DNA of 64,000 nt, taken from Candidatus Spongiisociaceae bacterium. Its GTDB lineage: Bacteria; Actinomycetota; Acidimicrobiia; Spongiisociales; Spongiisociaceae. The translations under genes and the position numbers were made by a program. Shown here in pieces: positions 29,545 through 40,862 of the stretch. Under the pieces are notes generated by a model. That model was not told the origin of the DNA. It saw nothing but the letters and a program-made list of their open reading frames with translations, and ran no database searches. Each line of letters begins with the position of its first letter. The first letter of the stretch is position 1. The stretch covers positions 192,001-256,000 of the forward strand of contig OZ253564.1 of assembly GCA_965262915.1 (NCBI GenBank), read 5' to 3'.

Positions 29545-30867
29545 TCAAGTCAGGAACCCCTCGTAGTTCCGCATGGTCAGCTGGCTCTCGATCTGCTTCA
29601 TGGTCTCCAGAGCCACCCCCACCACGATGAGGATCGACACGCCCGAGAAGCCGACCGGGATCGCCCAGATGGCCGAGGCTATAGCGGGCAGGATCGAGAT
29701 CATCCCTAGGAAGACCGCACCGGGGAGGGTGATGCGGTTGAGGATCCTCTCCAGGTAGCGGGCAGTCTGCTGGCCGGGACGCTGGCCGGGGATGAAACCC
29801 CCCTGCCGCTGGATCATCTCCGATTGGCGTACCGGATCGAACTGGATGGCGGTGTAGAAGTAGGTGAAGAACACTATGAGGAAGAAGAGCACCGCTATGT
29901 ACACCCAACTCGTGGCCCCGCTCGCGTACCCGGACGGCGCCAGGTGCACGTTTATGAACTCCCGCACGGTGGAGAAGAATCCCTCGGTACTGGGGATCGA
30001 GGTGGAGATCAGCACCGGGAAGAACAGGATCGAGGTGGCGAAGATCACCGGGATGACCCCCGCCATGTTGATCTTCAGCGGGATGTAGGTGCTCTGGCCG
30101 CCCATCACCCGCCGGCCTCGGATCCGCTTGGCGAACTGGATGGGTATACGCCTCTGGCCCTGTTCCACATAGATGATGCCGATGATCATGGCGATGAACA
30201 GCGCAATGATGAAGACGAAGATGGGCGCCCGGCCGGCCGGCACCGTGAACTGCCAGATCAGGGTGAACTGGCTGGGCAGGGCGGCCACGATGCTGATGAA
30301 GATGAGCAGCGACATGCCGTTGCCGACCCCGCGCTGGGTGATCAACTCGCCCAGCCACATTACGAACGCCGTCCCGGCGGTCATCGTCACCACCATCAGC
30401 ACCACCCGGGTGGGGGTGTAGTCGTCGATCAGCACCACCCCGCCGGTGAAGCTGCTGCCCCGGCTGAACAGGTAGGTGATGCCGGTCGATTGGAGAAGCG
30501 CCAGCACGACGGTGACGATGCGGGTCCACTTGGTGATGATGGCCCTTCCCGACTCGCCCTCGTCCTGGAGCTTCTGGAGCTTGGGGATGACCACGGACAG
30601 CAACTGCATGATGATGCTGGCGGTGATGTAGGGGAGAATTCCGAGGCTGAAAACGGACAGGTTCTCCAGAGCGTTACCCGAGAAAAGGTTCAGGAGGCCG
30701 AAGGCGCCTCCCTGCCGCTGTCCCGCCAAGGCCTCCAGGCGGTCCAGCTCGATGCCGGGCACCGGGACGGCCGCCCCCAGGCGGTAGATGGCGAAGATGG
30801 TGAGAGTGAAGAAGATCTTGCCGCGCAGGTCGGGGATCTTGAACATGTAGCGGTAGACGTTCAGCAT
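29545..30867 (-). CDS. secY: Preprotein translocase SecY
   Basis: FSLGILPYITASII, GVGNGMSLLIF, AGVIPVIFA, IPGQRPG. Confidence 0.97.
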   Translation of the reverse strand: MLNVYRYMFKIPDLRGKIFFTLTIFAIYRLGAAVPVPGIELDRLEALAGQRQGGAFGLLNLFSGNALENLSVFSLGILPYITASIIMQLLSVVIPKLQKLQDEGESGRAIITKWTRIVTVVLALLQSTGITYLFSRGSSFTGGVVLIDDYTPTRVVLMVVTMTAGTAFVMWLGELITQRGVGNGMSLLIFISIVAALPSQFTLIWQFTVPAGRAPIFVFIIALFIAMIIGIIYVEQGQRRIPIQFAKRIRGRRVMGGQSTYIPLKINMAGVIPVIFATSILFFPVLISTSIPSTEGFFSTVREFINVHLAPSGYASGATSWVYIAVLFFLIVFFTYFYTAIQFDPVRQSEMIQRQGGFIPGQRPGQQTARYLERILNRITLPGAVFLGMISILPAIASAIWAIPVGFSGVSILIVVGVALETMKQIESQLTMRNYEGFLT

Positions 30868-30924
30868 CGGCCCGGCCTCCCGTAGCTGTTGCCATGGCAT
30901 TGGTGTGTCCTGGCTTCTGACGGA

Positions 30925-31141
30925 TCAGTTCGCGAGAATCGTGCCGGGGGCTCGGCCCGCCGGGCCCGCCCCCACCTCCACCTGTCCTCGGTTCGGAGCG
31001 CGCTTCGCCCGGCTTGCCGGATGTGGCCGCTCCGGAGACCTGATCCCTCTGGCGGTCGGACCGACCTCGAGTGCCGAGACCGCGCAGGTGCTTGGTACTC
31101 ATCAAGTATGGAGCCGTGGTGTGACAGGATCAACCCCCTTG
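30925..31141 (-). repeat. Dispersed intergenic element, copy 3, with a sigma70-like promoter (TTGATC-N17-CATACT)
   Basis: Reverse complement aligns by eye with 1947-2164; -35 at 31133-31128, -10 at 31110-31105. Confidence 0.7.
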
Positions 31142-31198
31142 TCGGGGTACGCCTCGGCGAGGTCGGGACCTGGCGGATCATCGGTGGTGGTGAGATCG

Positions 31199-31657
31199 TC
31201 ACCGGACGATCACACATGATCCACCGGCTGCCTCGATCTTGTGGCGGGCCGATCCGCTGAAGGCATGCGCCTCCACGCTGAGGGCCTTGTGGATCTCGCC
31301 GCGGCCGAGCACTTTCACCTTGCCGCCCTTGCGGATCAGACCATTCTCGTGAAGGCATGCGAGCGACACGGTCGTGCCGACACGGAAGACATCGAGCCTG
31401 TCCACGTTCACAACCGTGAACTCCTCCCGGTTGTAGGGCTTGAAGCCCCGCAACTTGGGGATGCGGACCTGGAGAGGCGTCTGGCCACCCTCGAACCCGG
31501 GACGGACCGTGCGACGGGCCTTCAAACCCTTGGTTCCGCGCCCGGCCGTCTTGCCGCGCCGTCCGGCCTCGCCACGCCCGACGCGGATCTTCTTCCGCTT
31601 CGAGCCCTTGGCGGGTCGGAGATGATGGAGCTTCAGTTGGTTCCTCTTGGTGGCCAC
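31199..31657 (-). CDS. rplO: 50S ribosomal protein L15
   Basis: RVGRG...GKTAGRGTKG, GFEGGQTPL..RIPK. Confidence 0.96.
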   Translation of the reverse strand: MATKRNQLKLHHLRPAKGSKRKKIRVGRGEAGRRGKTAGRGTKGLKARRTVRPGFEGGQTPLQVRIPKLRGFKPYNREEFTVVNVDRLDVFRVGTTVSLACLHENGLIRKGGKVKVLGRGEIHKALSVEAHAFSGSARHKIEAAGGSCVIVR

Positions 31658-31768
31658 GGTCGGCCCCCTCCCGGATAGCCTTGCTGTCATGTCGTCCGGG
31701 CGACTCTCGCCCGTGTCTCGGTCTGTCGTTCGAACGGATACTTGCTGGTGGTGCTTCCTCGGCCGCGG

Positions 31769-31960
31769 TCAGGCCTCCTCCACCTCGACGAGGTGACGGA
31801 CCCGATGGACCATTCCCCGGATGTCGGGGGTATCGGCATGCTCCACCGAAGCGTGCAGTTTCCGCAATCCCAGACTCCGAACGGTAGCCCGCGCCTTCGG
31901 CTTCTCGCCGATGAGGCTCTTCCGTAGGGTGATCCGGAGTCTCGACTCTGGGCGGGCCAT
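31769..31960 (-). CDS. rpmD: 50S ribosomal protein L30
   Basis: ITLRKSLIG, LGLRK, IRGMV..V.HLV. Confidence 0.95.
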   Translation of the reverse strand: MARPESRLRITLRKSLIGEKPKARATVRSLGLRKLHASVEHADTPDIRGMVHRVRHLVEVEEA

Positions 31961-31962
31961 CC

Positions 31963-32532
31963 TCATCCTCCGGAAGCTCGGAGCATCTCGGTCGATCGGT
32001 AGGCCGCCAGCAGTCCCGGCGGTGTGATCTCCTCGGGCGTCTTGCCCCTGGCCCTCGCCACGTCCTCCGGACGCCGCTGGCCCTTGAGACCGTTCACCGT
32101 TGCCCTGGCCACGTTGAGGTGGGTCGGGGAGCCCAACGACTTGGTGAGGGCGTCACGCACCCCGGCCGCCTCGAGGATCTGACGCACCGAACCGCCCGCT
32201 ATCACGCCGGTGCCGGGCGACGCGGGCTTGAGGAGGACCCGTGAGGCGCCGTGCCTGCCCACCACCCGGTGGATGAGCGTCGTGCCGGCCATCGGGATCG
32301 TGAACATCGACTTGCGCGCCGATTCGATGGCCTTCTGGATGGCGGTCGGGACCTCCTTGGCCTTGCCGTAGCCGATCCCGACCCGTCCCTTGCCGTCCCC
32401 GAGCGCCACGAGGGCGGTGAACGAGAAACGGCGGCCGCCCTTGCTCACTTTGGCCACGCGGTTGATCTCGATGACCCTCTCGTCGTACTGGGGACCGGAG
32501 TCGATCCCGCCTCTGCGTCTCCTAGAAGTCAA
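31963..32532 (-). CDS. rpsE: 30S ribosomal protein S5 (probable TTG start)
   Basis: [31 protein letters not shown]. Confidence 0.96.
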   Translation of the reverse strand: MTSRRRRGGIDSGPQYDERVIEINRVAKVSKGGRRFSFTALVALGDGKGRVGIGYGKAKEVPTAIQKAIESARKSMFTIPMAGTTLIHRVVGRHGASRVLLKPASPGTGVIAGGSVRQILEAAGVRDALTKSLGSPTHLNVARATVNGLKGQRRPEDVARARGKTPEEITPPGLLAAYRSTEMLRASGG

Positions 32533-32875
32533 GTCCCGCCTCCCTTGCTGCCTGCGCCAATGCCTCCACCCGACCGTGGAAGGGATGCCCTCCGCGGTCA
32601 AACACCACACCGGTCACGCCGGCCACCGTACCTCTGCCGGCGATGAGCCTCCCGACTTCGGCCGCCGTGGCCGAGGTCAGGGTCCTCGAGCGGAGCGTTT
32701 CCTCCTGCGAAGAGGCCGCCGCCAGCGTTCGGCCGGCTACATCGTCGATGATCTGCGCGTATATGTAACGGTTGCTCCGGAACACGGCCAGACGCGGCCG
32801 GGCAGCGGTTCCGCTCAACCGCTTCCGCACCCGCCGGTGGCGCCGGATCCGCGCCTGGTAACGCGTGCCGCTCAT
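32522..32875 (-). CDS. rplR: 50S ribosomal protein L18
   Basis: [21 protein letters not shown]. Confidence 0.96.
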   Translation of the reverse strand: MSGTRYQARIRRHRRVRKRLSGTAARPRLAVFRSNRYIYAQIIDDVAGRTLAAASSQEETLRSRTLTSATAAEVGRLIAGRGTVAGVTGVVFDRGGHPFHGRVEALAQAAREAGLDF

Positions 32876-33417
32876 CGTGCCGCCACCCCGGTCTTACCGC
32901 TCTTGCGCCGGACGTGCTCGTCGTGGTAGCGGATGCCCTTGCCCTTGTAGGGCTCGGGTGGGCGAACCCTGCGGATGTCGGCCGCCACCTGCCCCACCAG
33001 TTCCTTGTCGATGCCGTTGATGACGATGGTGGTCGCGTTGGGAACCTCGAAGTCGATCCCGTCCACGGGGGGGATCGGAACGGTGTGGCTGAACCCGACC
33101 TGGAGTTCCAGCCCCCGGCCTCTCGGGAGTACCCGGTACCCGACGCCGACGATGTTGAGCGTCTTGCGGTAACCCAGGGAGACCCCTGTGACCATGTTGT
33201 TTACCAACGCCCTGGCCAGCCCGTGGTAGGCGCGGCTGCGGCGCTCTTCGTCCCGCCGGGTCACCACGCACTTGCCGTCCACCAACGCGAAGCTGACGCG
33301 GTCCTCGAAGGTGCGTCGCAGGGAACCCTTCGGTCCTACGACCGTCACGTCCGCCCCGGAGACGGTGACCTTCACACCGGCGGGCACGGGGACCGGGATC
33401 TTTCCTATCCGGCTCAT
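32872..33417 (-). CDS. rplF: 50S ribosomal protein L6
   Basis: [24 protein letters not shown]. Confidence 0.97.
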   Translation of the reverse strand: MSRIGKIPVPVPAGVKVTVSGADVTVVGPKGSLRRTFEDRVSFALVDGKCVVTRRDEERRSRAYHGLARALVNNMVTGVSLGYRKTLNIVGVGYRVLPRGRGLELQVGFSHTVPIPPVDGIDFEVPNATTIVINGIDKELVGQVAADIRRVRPPEPYKGKGIRYHDEHVRRKSGKTGVAAR

Positions 33418-33419
33418 GA

Positions 33420-33821
33420 TCACCAGACCTCGCACAGCAGTTCGCCGCCCAAGCGCCGGCGCCGGGCTTCCCGGTCCGGGAGCAACCCCTGGGAGGTGGA
33501 CACGATCACCGTTCCGAGCCCTCCCTGCGATCGGGGCAACTCGTCGGCGCCCTTGTATATGCGCCGGCCGGGGCGGGACACCCGCCGCAGGCCGTGGAGT
33601 ATCCGGTCGCGGTTGCCCTTGCCCGCGTACTTGAGGCGGATGGTCAACTCGGTGCCCCGTGTGGCCGGGGCCACGTCGTACCCGTCCACGTAACCCTCCG
33701 ACGCCAGCAGCTTGGCGATCTGCTCCTTGAGCTTCGACGAGGGCATGGTCACCGTCGCGTGCAGCACCAGGTTGGCGTTGCGTATCCGGGTCAGCATGTC
33801 GGCGATGGGGTCGGTCATCAT
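33420..33821 (-). CDS. rpsH: 30S ribosomal protein S8
   Basis: TDPIADMLTRIRNA, SRPGRRIY, STSQG, GGE. Confidence 0.97.
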   Translation of the reverse strand: MMTDPIADMLTRIRNANLVLHATVTMPSSKLKEQIAKLLASEGYVDGYDVAPATRGTELTIRLKYAGKGNRDRILHGLRRVSRPGRRIYKGADELPRSQGGLGTVIVSTSQGLLPDREARRRRLGGELLCEVW

Positions 33822-33828
33822 GTCGGTA

Positions 33829-34134
33829 TCACCACGAGGACTTCATCACGCCGGGAAGCTCGCCGCGGTGGGCGAGTTCCCGTAGCGCGATACGGGACAT
33901 TCCGAACTGGCGGAGGTAACCCCGCGGGCGCCCGGTGATCCCGCACCGGTTCCGGTACCGGGTGGCGCTGGCGTCGCGCGGCATCTTGGCGATGGCCGCG
34001 TAAGCCTGCCGTTTGGCCTCCAGAGTGGCCTCGGGGTCCTTGATGACCTCGACCAACTCGGCTCGGCGCTCGCGGTAGCGCTCGACGAGCTCCCCCCGCC
34101 GCTTGTTCTTGGCAACCATCGACTTCTTGGCCAT
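33829..34134 (-). CDS. rpsN: 30S ribosomal protein S14, long 101-aa zinc-free type
   Basis: MAKKS..., [29 protein letters not shown]; only one Cys. Confidence 0.96.
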   Translation of the reverse strand: MAKKSMVAKNKRRGELVERYRERRAELVEVIKDPEATLEAKRQAYAAIAKMPRDASATRYRNRCGITGRPRGYLRQFGMSRIALRELAHRGELPGVMKSSW

Positions 34135-34151
34135 CGTTCTCGCCTCACATC

Positions 34152-34721
34152 TCAGTTGGTCAGGGGCGCCGTCCGCCGGAACGGAAAGCCGAACGCGTCC
34201 AGCAATACCCGTGCGCCCCGATCTTCGGAGGCGGTCGTGCAGATGGTTATGTCCATACCGCGGACCGCCGTCACCTTGTCATAGTCGATCTCGGGAAAGA
34301 TGAGCTGCTCGCTCACCCCGAAGCTGTAGTTACCGCGACCGTCGAACGAGGCCGGGTTGAGACCACGGAAATCCCGGATACGGGGGATAGAGATGGTAAT
34401 CAACCTGTCCAGAAACTCCCAGGCCCGGTCGCCCCGGATGGTCACGGAACACCCGACCGGGTTGCCGGCACGCAGCTTGAAGCTGGCAATCGACCGGCGG
34501 GCCCGGTTGAGCCGCGGCTTCTGCCCGGTGATGGTGGCCAGGTCGTCCATGGCGGCGTGGACCTGCTTGGCGTCGCCCACGGCCTCGCCGACACCCATGT
34601 TCACCACGATCTTGTCGATCGTCGGCACCAGCATGGGGTTGTCGAGGCCGAGCTGCTCCATGATCCGGGAGCGCACGGTGTCCCAGTACCGTTGCTTGAG
34701 GCGGGGGACGGTCGGGTTCAT
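34152..34721 (-). CDS. rplE: 50S ribosomal protein L5
   Basis: [30 protein letters not shown]. Confidence 0.97.
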   Translation of the reverse strand: MNPTVPRLKQRYWDTVRSRIMEQLGLDNPMLVPTIDKIVVNMGVGEAVGDAKQVHAAMDDLATITGQKPRLNRARRSIASFKLRAGNPVGCSVTIRGDRAWEFLDRLITISIPRIRDFRGLNPASFDGRGNYSFGVSEQLIFPEIDYDKVTAVRGMDITICTTASEDRGARVLLDAFGFPFRRTAPLTN

Positions 34722-34746
34722 CGGTCGCACCGTTTTCTCATGGGAC

Positions 34747-35052
34747 TCATACCTCCGAGCCGCACTTCACGCAACGCCGGAACTTCCCGCCCGCCTCGCT
34801 GAACGCTGCCTCCACCCTCACCGGCCCGCACTCGTCGCAGACCAGCATGACGTTCGAGATGTGGATGGGCAGGTCCTTGTCGACGATGCCCGCCTGGAGG
34901 GTCCGGCCCCGGGCCTTCTGGTGGCGCTTGGCGGTGTTTATACCCTCGACGATCACCTTGCCCTCTTTGGGGAACACCCGGGCAATCCGCGACTCGCGGC
35001 CCCGGTCCTTGCCGGAGACGACCATCACCTTGTCGCCCTGCCGTATCGACAT
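34747..35052 (-). CDS. rplX: 50S ribosomal protein L24
   Basis: [14 protein letters not shown] motif, PIHISNV. Confidence 0.96.
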   Translation of the reverse strand: MSIRQGDKVMVVSGKDRGRESRIARVFPKEGKVIVEGINTAKRHQKARGRTLQAGIVDKDLPIHISNVMLVCDECGPVRVEAAFSEAGGKFRRCVKCGSEV

Positions 35053-35420
35053 CAGATGACCTCCGGCGCCAGGGAGACGATGCGCATGAAGCGGCGGTCC
35101 CGCAGCTCGCGGGCCACCGGCCCGAAGATGCGAGTGCCGCGGGGCAGGAGGTTCTCGTTGATGATCACGCAGGCGTTGTCGTCGAACCTGATGTAGGTGC
35201 CGTCTCTGCGGCGCTGCTCCTTGGCGGTACGCACCACCACGGCCCTGACTACCTCGCCCTTCTTGATCGCCGCCCCCGGGCTGGCCTGCTTCACGGTGGC
35301 CACGATGACGTCACCGATCCTGGCATAGCGACGGCGCGACCCGCCCAGCACACGGATGCACAGCACCTCGCGGGCGCCGCTGTTGTCCGCAACCTTGAGC
35401 CGCGACTCCTGCTGGATCAT
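35052..35420 (-). CDS. rplN: 50S ribosomal protein L14
   Basis: [24 protein letters not shown]. Confidence 0.97.
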   Translation of the reverse strand: MIQQESRLKVADNSGAREVLCIRVLGGSRRRYARIGDVIVATVKQASPGAAIKKGEVVRAVVVRTAKEQRRRDGTYIRFDDNACVIINENLLPRGTRIFGPVARELRDRRFMRIVSLAPEVI

Positions 35421-35674
35421 CGGGCCCGCTCCAGTATCTCGACCAGACGCCACCGCTTGGTCTTCGACCGCGGGCGGGTCTCCGTGATCAGCACCCGGTC
35501 TCCGTTGCGGGCGTCGTTCTCCTCGTCGTGCACGTGCAGCTTCTTGGCCGTGCGCACGATCTTGTCGTAGCGCCGGTGGCGGGTGGCCCGCTCGATCCTC
35601 ACAGTGATCGTCCGGCTCCGGGCGTCCGAGACCACGACGCCCACACGGCTCTTGCGGGGGGCGCGCTCAACCAT
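35417..35674 (-). CDS. rpsQ: 30S ribosomal protein S17
   Basis: GVVVSD, HDEEN, ETRP.SKTKRW. Confidence 0.96.
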   Translation of the reverse strand: MVERAPRKSRVGVVVSDARSRTITVRIERATRHRRYDKIVRTAKKLHVHDEENDARNGDRVLITETRPRSKTKRWRLVEILERAR

Positions 35675-35888
35675 GGTGTCCTGCCCTAGTTCCGGCCTCC
35701 TCCAGGACGGCCTCGTGCATGACGGTCTTTATGCGGGCGACCTGGCGTCGGAGACGTCCCAACGACGCGGTGTCCTCCGATTGGCTCACCGCCAGTTGGA
35801 ACCGGAGGTTGAACAGCTCCTCCTTGGTGTCGTCCAGCATGTCGACCAACTCGGACGGAGTCAGGTCGCGCAGTTCCGAAGCCTTCAT
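35667..35888 (-). CDS. rpmC: 50S ribosomal protein L29
   Basis: ELR, KEELFNLRFQ, ARIKT. Confidence 0.95.
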   Translation of the reverse strand: MKASELRDLTPSELVDMLDDTKEELFNLRFQLAVSQSEDTASLGRLRRQVARIKTVMHEAVLEEAGTRAGHHG

Positions 35889-35931
35889 ACCCCTCCCCCG
35901 ATCATCGGTTCCGCTATCACCGGTACTCGCA

Positions 35932-36345
35932 TCACAGTGGCTCCCTCGTGACGAACTTGGTCTTGATCGGAAGCTTATGGCCGGCCTTGCGGATCGCCTC
36001 CCGCGCCAACTCCTCGGTCACGCCCGAGAGTTCCATCATCACCCGGCCTGGCTTGACCACCGCCACCCAGTACTCGGGATTGCCCTTGCCGGACCCCATC
36101 CGGGTCTCGGCCGGCTTGGCTGTCATGGGCTTGTCGGGAAATATGTTGATCCACACCTTCCCGCCCCGGCGCACCGTCCTGGTGATCGCCACCCGGGCCG
36201 CCTCGATCTGGCGCGCGGTGATGTGGGCCGGCTCGAGAGCCTGGATACCGTAGTCACCGAAGCACACCGACCTGCCGCCCTTGGCATAGCCCTTAATCCG
36301 GCCTCGGTGTACCTTGCGGTACTTGGTGCGTTTCGGCATCAACAT
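35932..36345 (-). CDS. rplP: 50S ribosomal protein L16
   Basis: [25 protein letters not shown]. Confidence 0.97.
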   Translation of the reverse strand: MLMPKRTKYRKVHRGRIKGYAKGGRSVCFGDYGIQALEPAHITARQIEAARVAITRTVRRGGKVWINIFPDKPMTAKPAETRMGSGKGNPEYWVAVVKPGRVMMELSGVTEELAREAIRKAGHKLPIKTKFVTREPL

Positions 36346-36349
36346 CGGC

Positions 36350-37318
36350 CTACCTCCGCTTGCCGCCGGGCGTGCTCTTGCCGGGACCGGGCTTACCACC
36401 GCCCCGAGCAGGCTGACCCCTCCCAGAAGCCGGCTTACCACCGCCCGTCTGGGTGGACTCGGCCTCGGCCCGGGCCGTGTCGTAGACCGACTTGGCCTCC
36501 GCGGCGGTGATCTTGCGGCCGCCCCCGGCTTCGATGATTCTCTTCCCGCCGCCGGCCTCGATGACCCGCGTGGAGCGGCGTCCGCCTGCTCGTTGTTCGG
36601 CGCGGCTCTTGGCCGGCGTCATGCGACGCCCGGCCGGCCGGCCGGCTGCCAGGGCTGCCTCGGCGGCGATCTTCTCTCGTGTGGTCTTGAGCGAGGTGAC
36701 CACATCACCCTTGTAGACCCAGACCTTCACCCCGACGGCCCCCACCGAGGTGGCTGCAGTGGCCTGGCCGTAGTCGATGTCGGCCCGGAGCGTGTGAAGC
36801 GGCACCCGGCCCTCGCGGTACCACTCGCGCCGGCACATGTCGGCGCCGCCCAGGCGACCGGCACACTCCACCCTGACCCCCTCGGCGCCCGCCTTGAGGG
36901 CGGTCTGCACGGTTCGTCTCATGGCACGCCGGAAGGCCACCCGGTTCTCGAGCTGGTCGGCTACCCCGCGCGCCAGGAGCTGCGCATCGGTCTCGGGATC
37001 CTTGACCTCGATGATGTTGAGCTTGACCCGGCGTCCGGTCATCTTCTCGATCCCGGAGCGGATCCGCTCGGCCTCGCTGCCCTTGCGGCCGATTACCGCC
37101 CCCGGCCGGGCCGTGTGAACGTCGACCTGGAGCCGCTCCCTCGTGCGCTCTATGTCCACCCGCGACACGGCCCCCCTCTTCAGTTCCCGACGGAGGTAGT
37201 CGCGGATCCGGAAATCCTCGTTGGCGAGCGCCGTGTACTCCTTCTCGGAATACCACCGCGACTTCCAGTCGGTGACGATCCCGAGGCGGAACCCGTACGG
37301 ATGCGTCTTCTGGCCCAT
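36350..37318 (-). CDS. rpsC: 30S ribosomal protein S3 with long C-terminal extension
   Basis: [33 protein letters not shown]. Confidence 0.97.
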   Translation of the reverse strand: MGQKTHPYGFRLGIVTDWKSRWYSEKEYTALANEDFRIRDYLRRELKRGAVSRVDIERTRERLQVDVHTARPGAVIGRKGSEAERIRSGIEKMTGRRVKLNIIEVKDPETDAQLLARGVADQLENRVAFRRAMRRTVQTALKAGAEGVRVECAGRLGGADMCRREWYREGRVPLHTLRADIDYGQATAATSVGAVGVKVWVYKGDVVTSLKTTREKIAAEAALAAGRPAGRRMTPAKSRAEQRAGGRRSTRVIEAGGGKRIIEAGGGRKITAAEAKSVYDTARAEAESTQTGGGKPASGRGQPARGGGKPGPGKSTPGGKRR

Positions 37319-37683
37319 CAGTCTGTCTCCTCCCGCCCGTCTGAAACCACGATCGTGATATGGCAGGTGCGTTTGCGGATCCTGGTGGCCCGGCCCCGGG
37401 CGCGGGGTCGGAAGCGCTTGATGGTCACGCCCTCATTGGCATAGGCCTCCACAAGGGTGACCTCGTCGGCCAACTCGTCGAGATCCTGGCCCAACTCGAA
37501 CTTGGAGTTCATGTTGGCCAACGCCGACCGGAGGCACTTGAGGATCGGCTGGGCGGCGCGCCGATTGGAGAACCGGAGCGCCACCGTGGCGCTGGCGGCG
37601 GACATACCTCTCACATGGTCGAGCACCACCCGCACCTTGTAGGGCGACTGGCGGACGTGGCGGGCGTGGGCGACGGCTCTCAT
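37318..37683 (-). CDS. rplV: 50S ribosomal protein L22
   Basis: [25 protein letters not shown]. Confidence 0.96.
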   Translation of the reverse strand: MRAVAHARHVRQSPYKVRVVLDHVRGMSAASATVALRFSNRRAAQPILKCLRSALANMNSKFELGQDLDELADEVTLVEAYANEGVTIKRFRPRARGRATRIRKRTCHITIVVSDGREETD

Positions 37684-37693
37684 CTCGAATCTC

Positions 37694-37978
37694 TCATCTC
37701 CAGGACGCCCGTTCCCTCTTCGACCCGGCGTGGCCCCGGAAGGTACGGGTCGGGGCGAACTCGCCCAGCTTGTGATCCACCATCTGTTCGGTGATGTAGA
37801 TCGGGGTGTGCTTGCGCCCATCGTGGACGGCGATAGTGAGGCCGACCATCTCGGGGATGATGGTGCTCCGGCGGCTCCACGTGCGGATCATCCGCTTGTC
37901 CCCGGTCCGGTTGTAGACCTCCACCTTCTTCATCAGGTGCTCGTCCACAAAGGGACCTTTCCTGCGGCTGCGTGCCAT
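37694..37978 (-). CDS. rpsS: 30S ribosomal protein S19
   Basis: [22 protein letters not shown]. Confidence 0.97.
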   Translation of the reverse strand: MARSRRKGPFVDEHLMKKVEVYNRTGDKRMIRTWSRRSTIIPEMVGLTIAVHDGRKHTPIYITEQMVDHKLGEFAPTRTFRGHAGSKRERASWR

Positions 37979-37981
37979 CGT

Positions 37982-38815
37982 CTACCTCCGACCCTTCTTG
38001 GTGCGGCGCCGCACGATATCGCGGTTGCTGGCCTTGTTCCGATTCCGGGTGCTCCCTTCGGACTTACCCCAGGGCGAGACAGGATGGCGGCCGCCCGACG
38101 AACGACCCTCCCCGCCGCCCAGCGGATGGTCCACCGGGTTCATCGCCACACCGCGTGTCTGGGGCCGTACCCCCTTCCAGCGGTTGCGTCCCGCCTTGCC
38201 CAACTTGATCAGCTCCGCCTCGCGGTTGCCGACCTGCCCGATGGTGGCGCGGCAGTCGAGCGGCACGTAGCGAACCTCCCCGGAAGGAAGGCGCAGGAGG
38301 GCCCGCTTTCCCTCCTTGGACATCAACTGGACTCCGGTACCCGCGGCCCTCGCCATCCTCGCCCCGCCTCCGGGTCTCAACTCGATGGCGTGCACGACGG
38401 TCCCGGCCGGGATGTTCCGGAGCGGCAGCGCGTTACCGGGATGGATCTCCGCGCCGGGACCTGACTCCAGCATGTCGCCCACCGAGACCCCGACGGGATG
38501 GAGTATGTAGCGCTTCTCCCCGTCGACGTAGTGGAGGAGGGCCAACCGGGCATTCCGGTTCGGGTCGTACTCGACCGCCGCCACCCGGGCCGGTACACCG
38601 TCCTTGTTCCTGCGGAAGTCGACGATGCGGTAGCGGCGCTTATGACCGCCTCCCCGGTGGCGTGAGGTGATCCGCCCGTGGACGTTACGGCCCGACGAAC
38701 GCTTCTTCTTGGCCAGCAGCGATTTCTCCGGCTTCGACTTGGTGATCGTCCCAAAGTCCGAGACGGTCTGGAACCTTCTCCCCGCCGACGTGGGTTTTCT
38801 CTTCTTCACCGCCAT
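37982..38815 (-). CDS. rplB: 50S ribosomal protein L2
   Basis: [30 protein letters not shown]. Confidence 0.98.
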   Translation of the reverse strand: MAVKKRKPTSAGRRFQTVSDFGTITKSKPEKSLLAKKKRSSGRNVHGRITSRHRGGGHKRRYRIVDFRRNKDGVPARVAAVEYDPNRNARLALLHYVDGEKRYILHPVGVSVGDMLESGPGAEIHPGNALPLRNIPAGTVVHAIELRPGGGARMARAAGTGVQLMSKEGKRALLRLPSGEVRYVPLDCRATIGQVGNREAELIKLGKAGRNRWKGVRPQTRGVAMNPVDHPLGGGEGRSSGGRHPVSPWGKSEGSTRNRNKASNRDIVRRRTKKGRR

Positions 38816-38830
38816 ATCACACTCCCCGTC

Positions 38831-39118
38831 TCACACGCCGAAGATCCCGACCGTGTGACCCCGCGGCAGGGTCACCATGGCCCGCTTGCTGTCGGCCCGC
38901 CTGCCCGTCACGAACCCGGTTCGCTTGCGCTTGCCCTTGCGGTTGAGGGTGTTGACCTTGAGCACCGGGACCTCGAAGAGCACTTCGACAGCCTTCCTGA
39001 TCTCCTCCTTGCGGGCCCGGCGGTCCACTATGAAGGTATAGGTGTTGGTCCGCTCGATGAGGTCGTAGGACTTCTCCGATATCACCGGAAGCAGGATGAC
39101 GTCGCGCGGGTCCTTCAT
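38831..39118 (-). CDS. rplW: 50S ribosomal protein L23
   Basis: PVISEKS, KVNT, K.A.VTL. Confidence 0.96.
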   Translation of the reverse strand: MKDPRDVILLPVISEKSYDLIERTNTYTFIVDRRARKEEIRKAVEVLFEVPVLKVNTLNRKGKRKRTGFVTGRRADSKRAMVTLPRGHTVGIFGV

Positions 39119-39870
39119 GCTGAACCTCCTCCGAGCCCGACCCCTGCGACGGCACCGGCATCCCCGACGGAGTCGTCGTCCCGGATGAAGTCGTCGTCCG
39201 ACACGTCGTAGGGACCGGGAGCCCAGTCGACCGGCGACCCGGTGGTCTCCTCCAGGGCCCGGCCCGAGAAGACCACGGTGTCGGACCAGAGCACGTCGTA
39301 GGTGTTGAGATACCCGGCGCGTCTCAGCACGACGGGGGGGAGGTTACGGAAGGAGCGGGCCGCGGTCGCCTCGGACCGGTCCAGAACCACCAGCGCCTTG
39401 CCCTGTATACCGATCGCCTCGAGCAGGGCGGCGGCCCGCTTCGTCTTGGGCGACTCCCAATCGAAAACGTCGACGATCTTCACCGCTCCCTCCGAGGCCC
39501 GGGCCGACAGGGCGCTGCGCAGCGCCAGGGCCTTCATCTTCTTGGGGGTGCGCTGAGCGTAGCTCCTGGGCCGGGGACCGTGGGCCACCCCGCCGCCGAC
39601 CCAGATGGGAGAACGGATGGAACCATGGCGGGCCCTCCCCAGACCCTTCTGGCGCCACGGCTTGCGGCCTCCGCCCCGCACCTCGGCCCTCGTCTTGGCC
39701 TTGGCGGTGCCGGCCCGGATCCCGGCCAGGTACGCCACCACCACTTGGTGCATGACATCCCGGTTCGGTTCGATGCCGAACGCTTCGGAGTCGAGCGTCA
39801 CCTCTCCCTTGCGGACGCCCTCCGCGTCGTACAGGAATGCAACCCGGTCAGGCATCTCCCTCTCAACCAC
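39115..39870 (-). CDS. rplD: 50S ribosomal protein L4
   Basis: [24 protein letters not shown]. Confidence 0.97.
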   Translation of the reverse strand: MVEREMPDRVAFLYDAEGVRKGEVTLDSEAFGIEPNRDVMHQVVVAYLAGIRAGTAKAKTRAEVRGGGRKPWRQKGLGRARHGSIRSPIWVGGGVAHGPRPRSYAQRTPKKMKALALRSALSARASEGAVKIVDVFDWESPKTKRAAALLEAIGIQGKALVVLDRSEATAARSFRNLPPVVLRRAGYLNTYDVLWSDTVVFSGRALEETTGSPVDWAPGPYDVSDDDFIRDDDSVGDAGAVAGVGLGGGSA

Positions 39871-40504
39871 CCTTCACCGCTTCGCGCACGAACACCAATC
39901 CGCCCTTGGGACCCGGTACGGAGCCTTGCAGGACCAGCAGGTCACGCTCCGTGTCGACACCCACCACCACGAGGCTCAGGATCGTGGTGCGTTCCCCGCC
40001 CATGCGGCCGGGCAGCTTGGTGCCCTTGAAGACCCGGGCAGGAGTGGCGCAGGCCCCGATGGCGCCGGGCGATCGGTGGGTCTTGTGGACGCCGTGGCTG
40101 GCGCCCTGACCCCGGAAGTTGTGGCGCTTCATGACCCCCTGGAATCCCTTGCCCTTGGAGACACCGGTCACATCGGCCATGCCGCCCGCCTCGAACAGGT
40201 CACCGACCCGCAACTCCTGGCCCAGCTCGAAGGTCCCGATGTCGTCGACCCGTACCTCGACCAGGTGGCGGGCCGGCTGGACCCCCGCCTTGGCGAAGTG
40301 CCCGGCCCGCGGCTTGTTCGCCTTGTGGGGGGGCATCCTGCCGTAGGCCAGTTGCACCGCCGTGTAGCCGTCGTTCTCCTCGGTACGTATCTGGGTGACG
40401 TGGCAGGGGCCAGCCTTGATGACCGTCACCGGGATGGCCCGCGCCTGCTCGTCGAAGATGCGGGTCATCCCCAGCTTCTCTCCCAGGAGAGCGGCGGGGA
40501 TCAT
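39863..40504 (-). CDS. rplC: 50S ribosomal protein L3
   Basis: [24 protein letters not shown]. Confidence 0.97.
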   Translation of the reverse strand: MIPAALLGEKLGMTRIFDEQARAIPVTVIKAGPCHVTQIRTEENDGYTAVQLAYGRMPPHKANKPRAGHFAKAGVQPARHLVEVRVDDIGTFELGQELRVGDLFEAGGMADVTGVSKGKGFQGVMKRHNFRGQGASHGVHKTHRSPGAIGACATPARVFKGTKLPGRMGGERTTILSLVVVGVDTERDLLVLQGSVPGPKGGLVFVREAVKGG

Positions 40505-40809
40505 GTCTCGATCTCCACTTCGACACCCGCCGGCAGGTCGAGCCTCATCAGCGACTCGATCGTGTTGTGGGTGGGCCGGAGGATGTCGATGAGGCGCTTG
40601 TGCGTGCGTATCTCGAAGTGCTCGCGGGAGTCCTTGTAGACATGGGGCGAGCGGATCACGCAGTATCGGTGGACCCTGGTCGGAAGCGGAACCGGACCAT
40701 GCACTATGGCCTGGGTACGTATGACCGTCTCGGCGATCTTGCGCGCCGACTCGTCCACCACCTGGTGGTCGTAAGCCTTCAATTTGATCCGGATCCGTTG
40801 TTCTTTCAT
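40501..40809 (-). CDS. rpsJ: 30S ribosomal protein S10
   Basis: [28 protein letters not shown]. Confidence 0.97.
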   Translation of the reverse strand: MKEQRIRIKLKAYDHQVVDESARKIAETVIRTQAIVHGPVPLPTRVHRYCVIRSPHVYKDSREHFEIRTHKRLIDILRPTHNTIESLMRLDLPAGVEVEIET

Positions 40810-40862
40810 GACGCTTTCCCGCTGATATCCGAGCTATTCGCCCGTTTCTCGTCTTCCATCCG

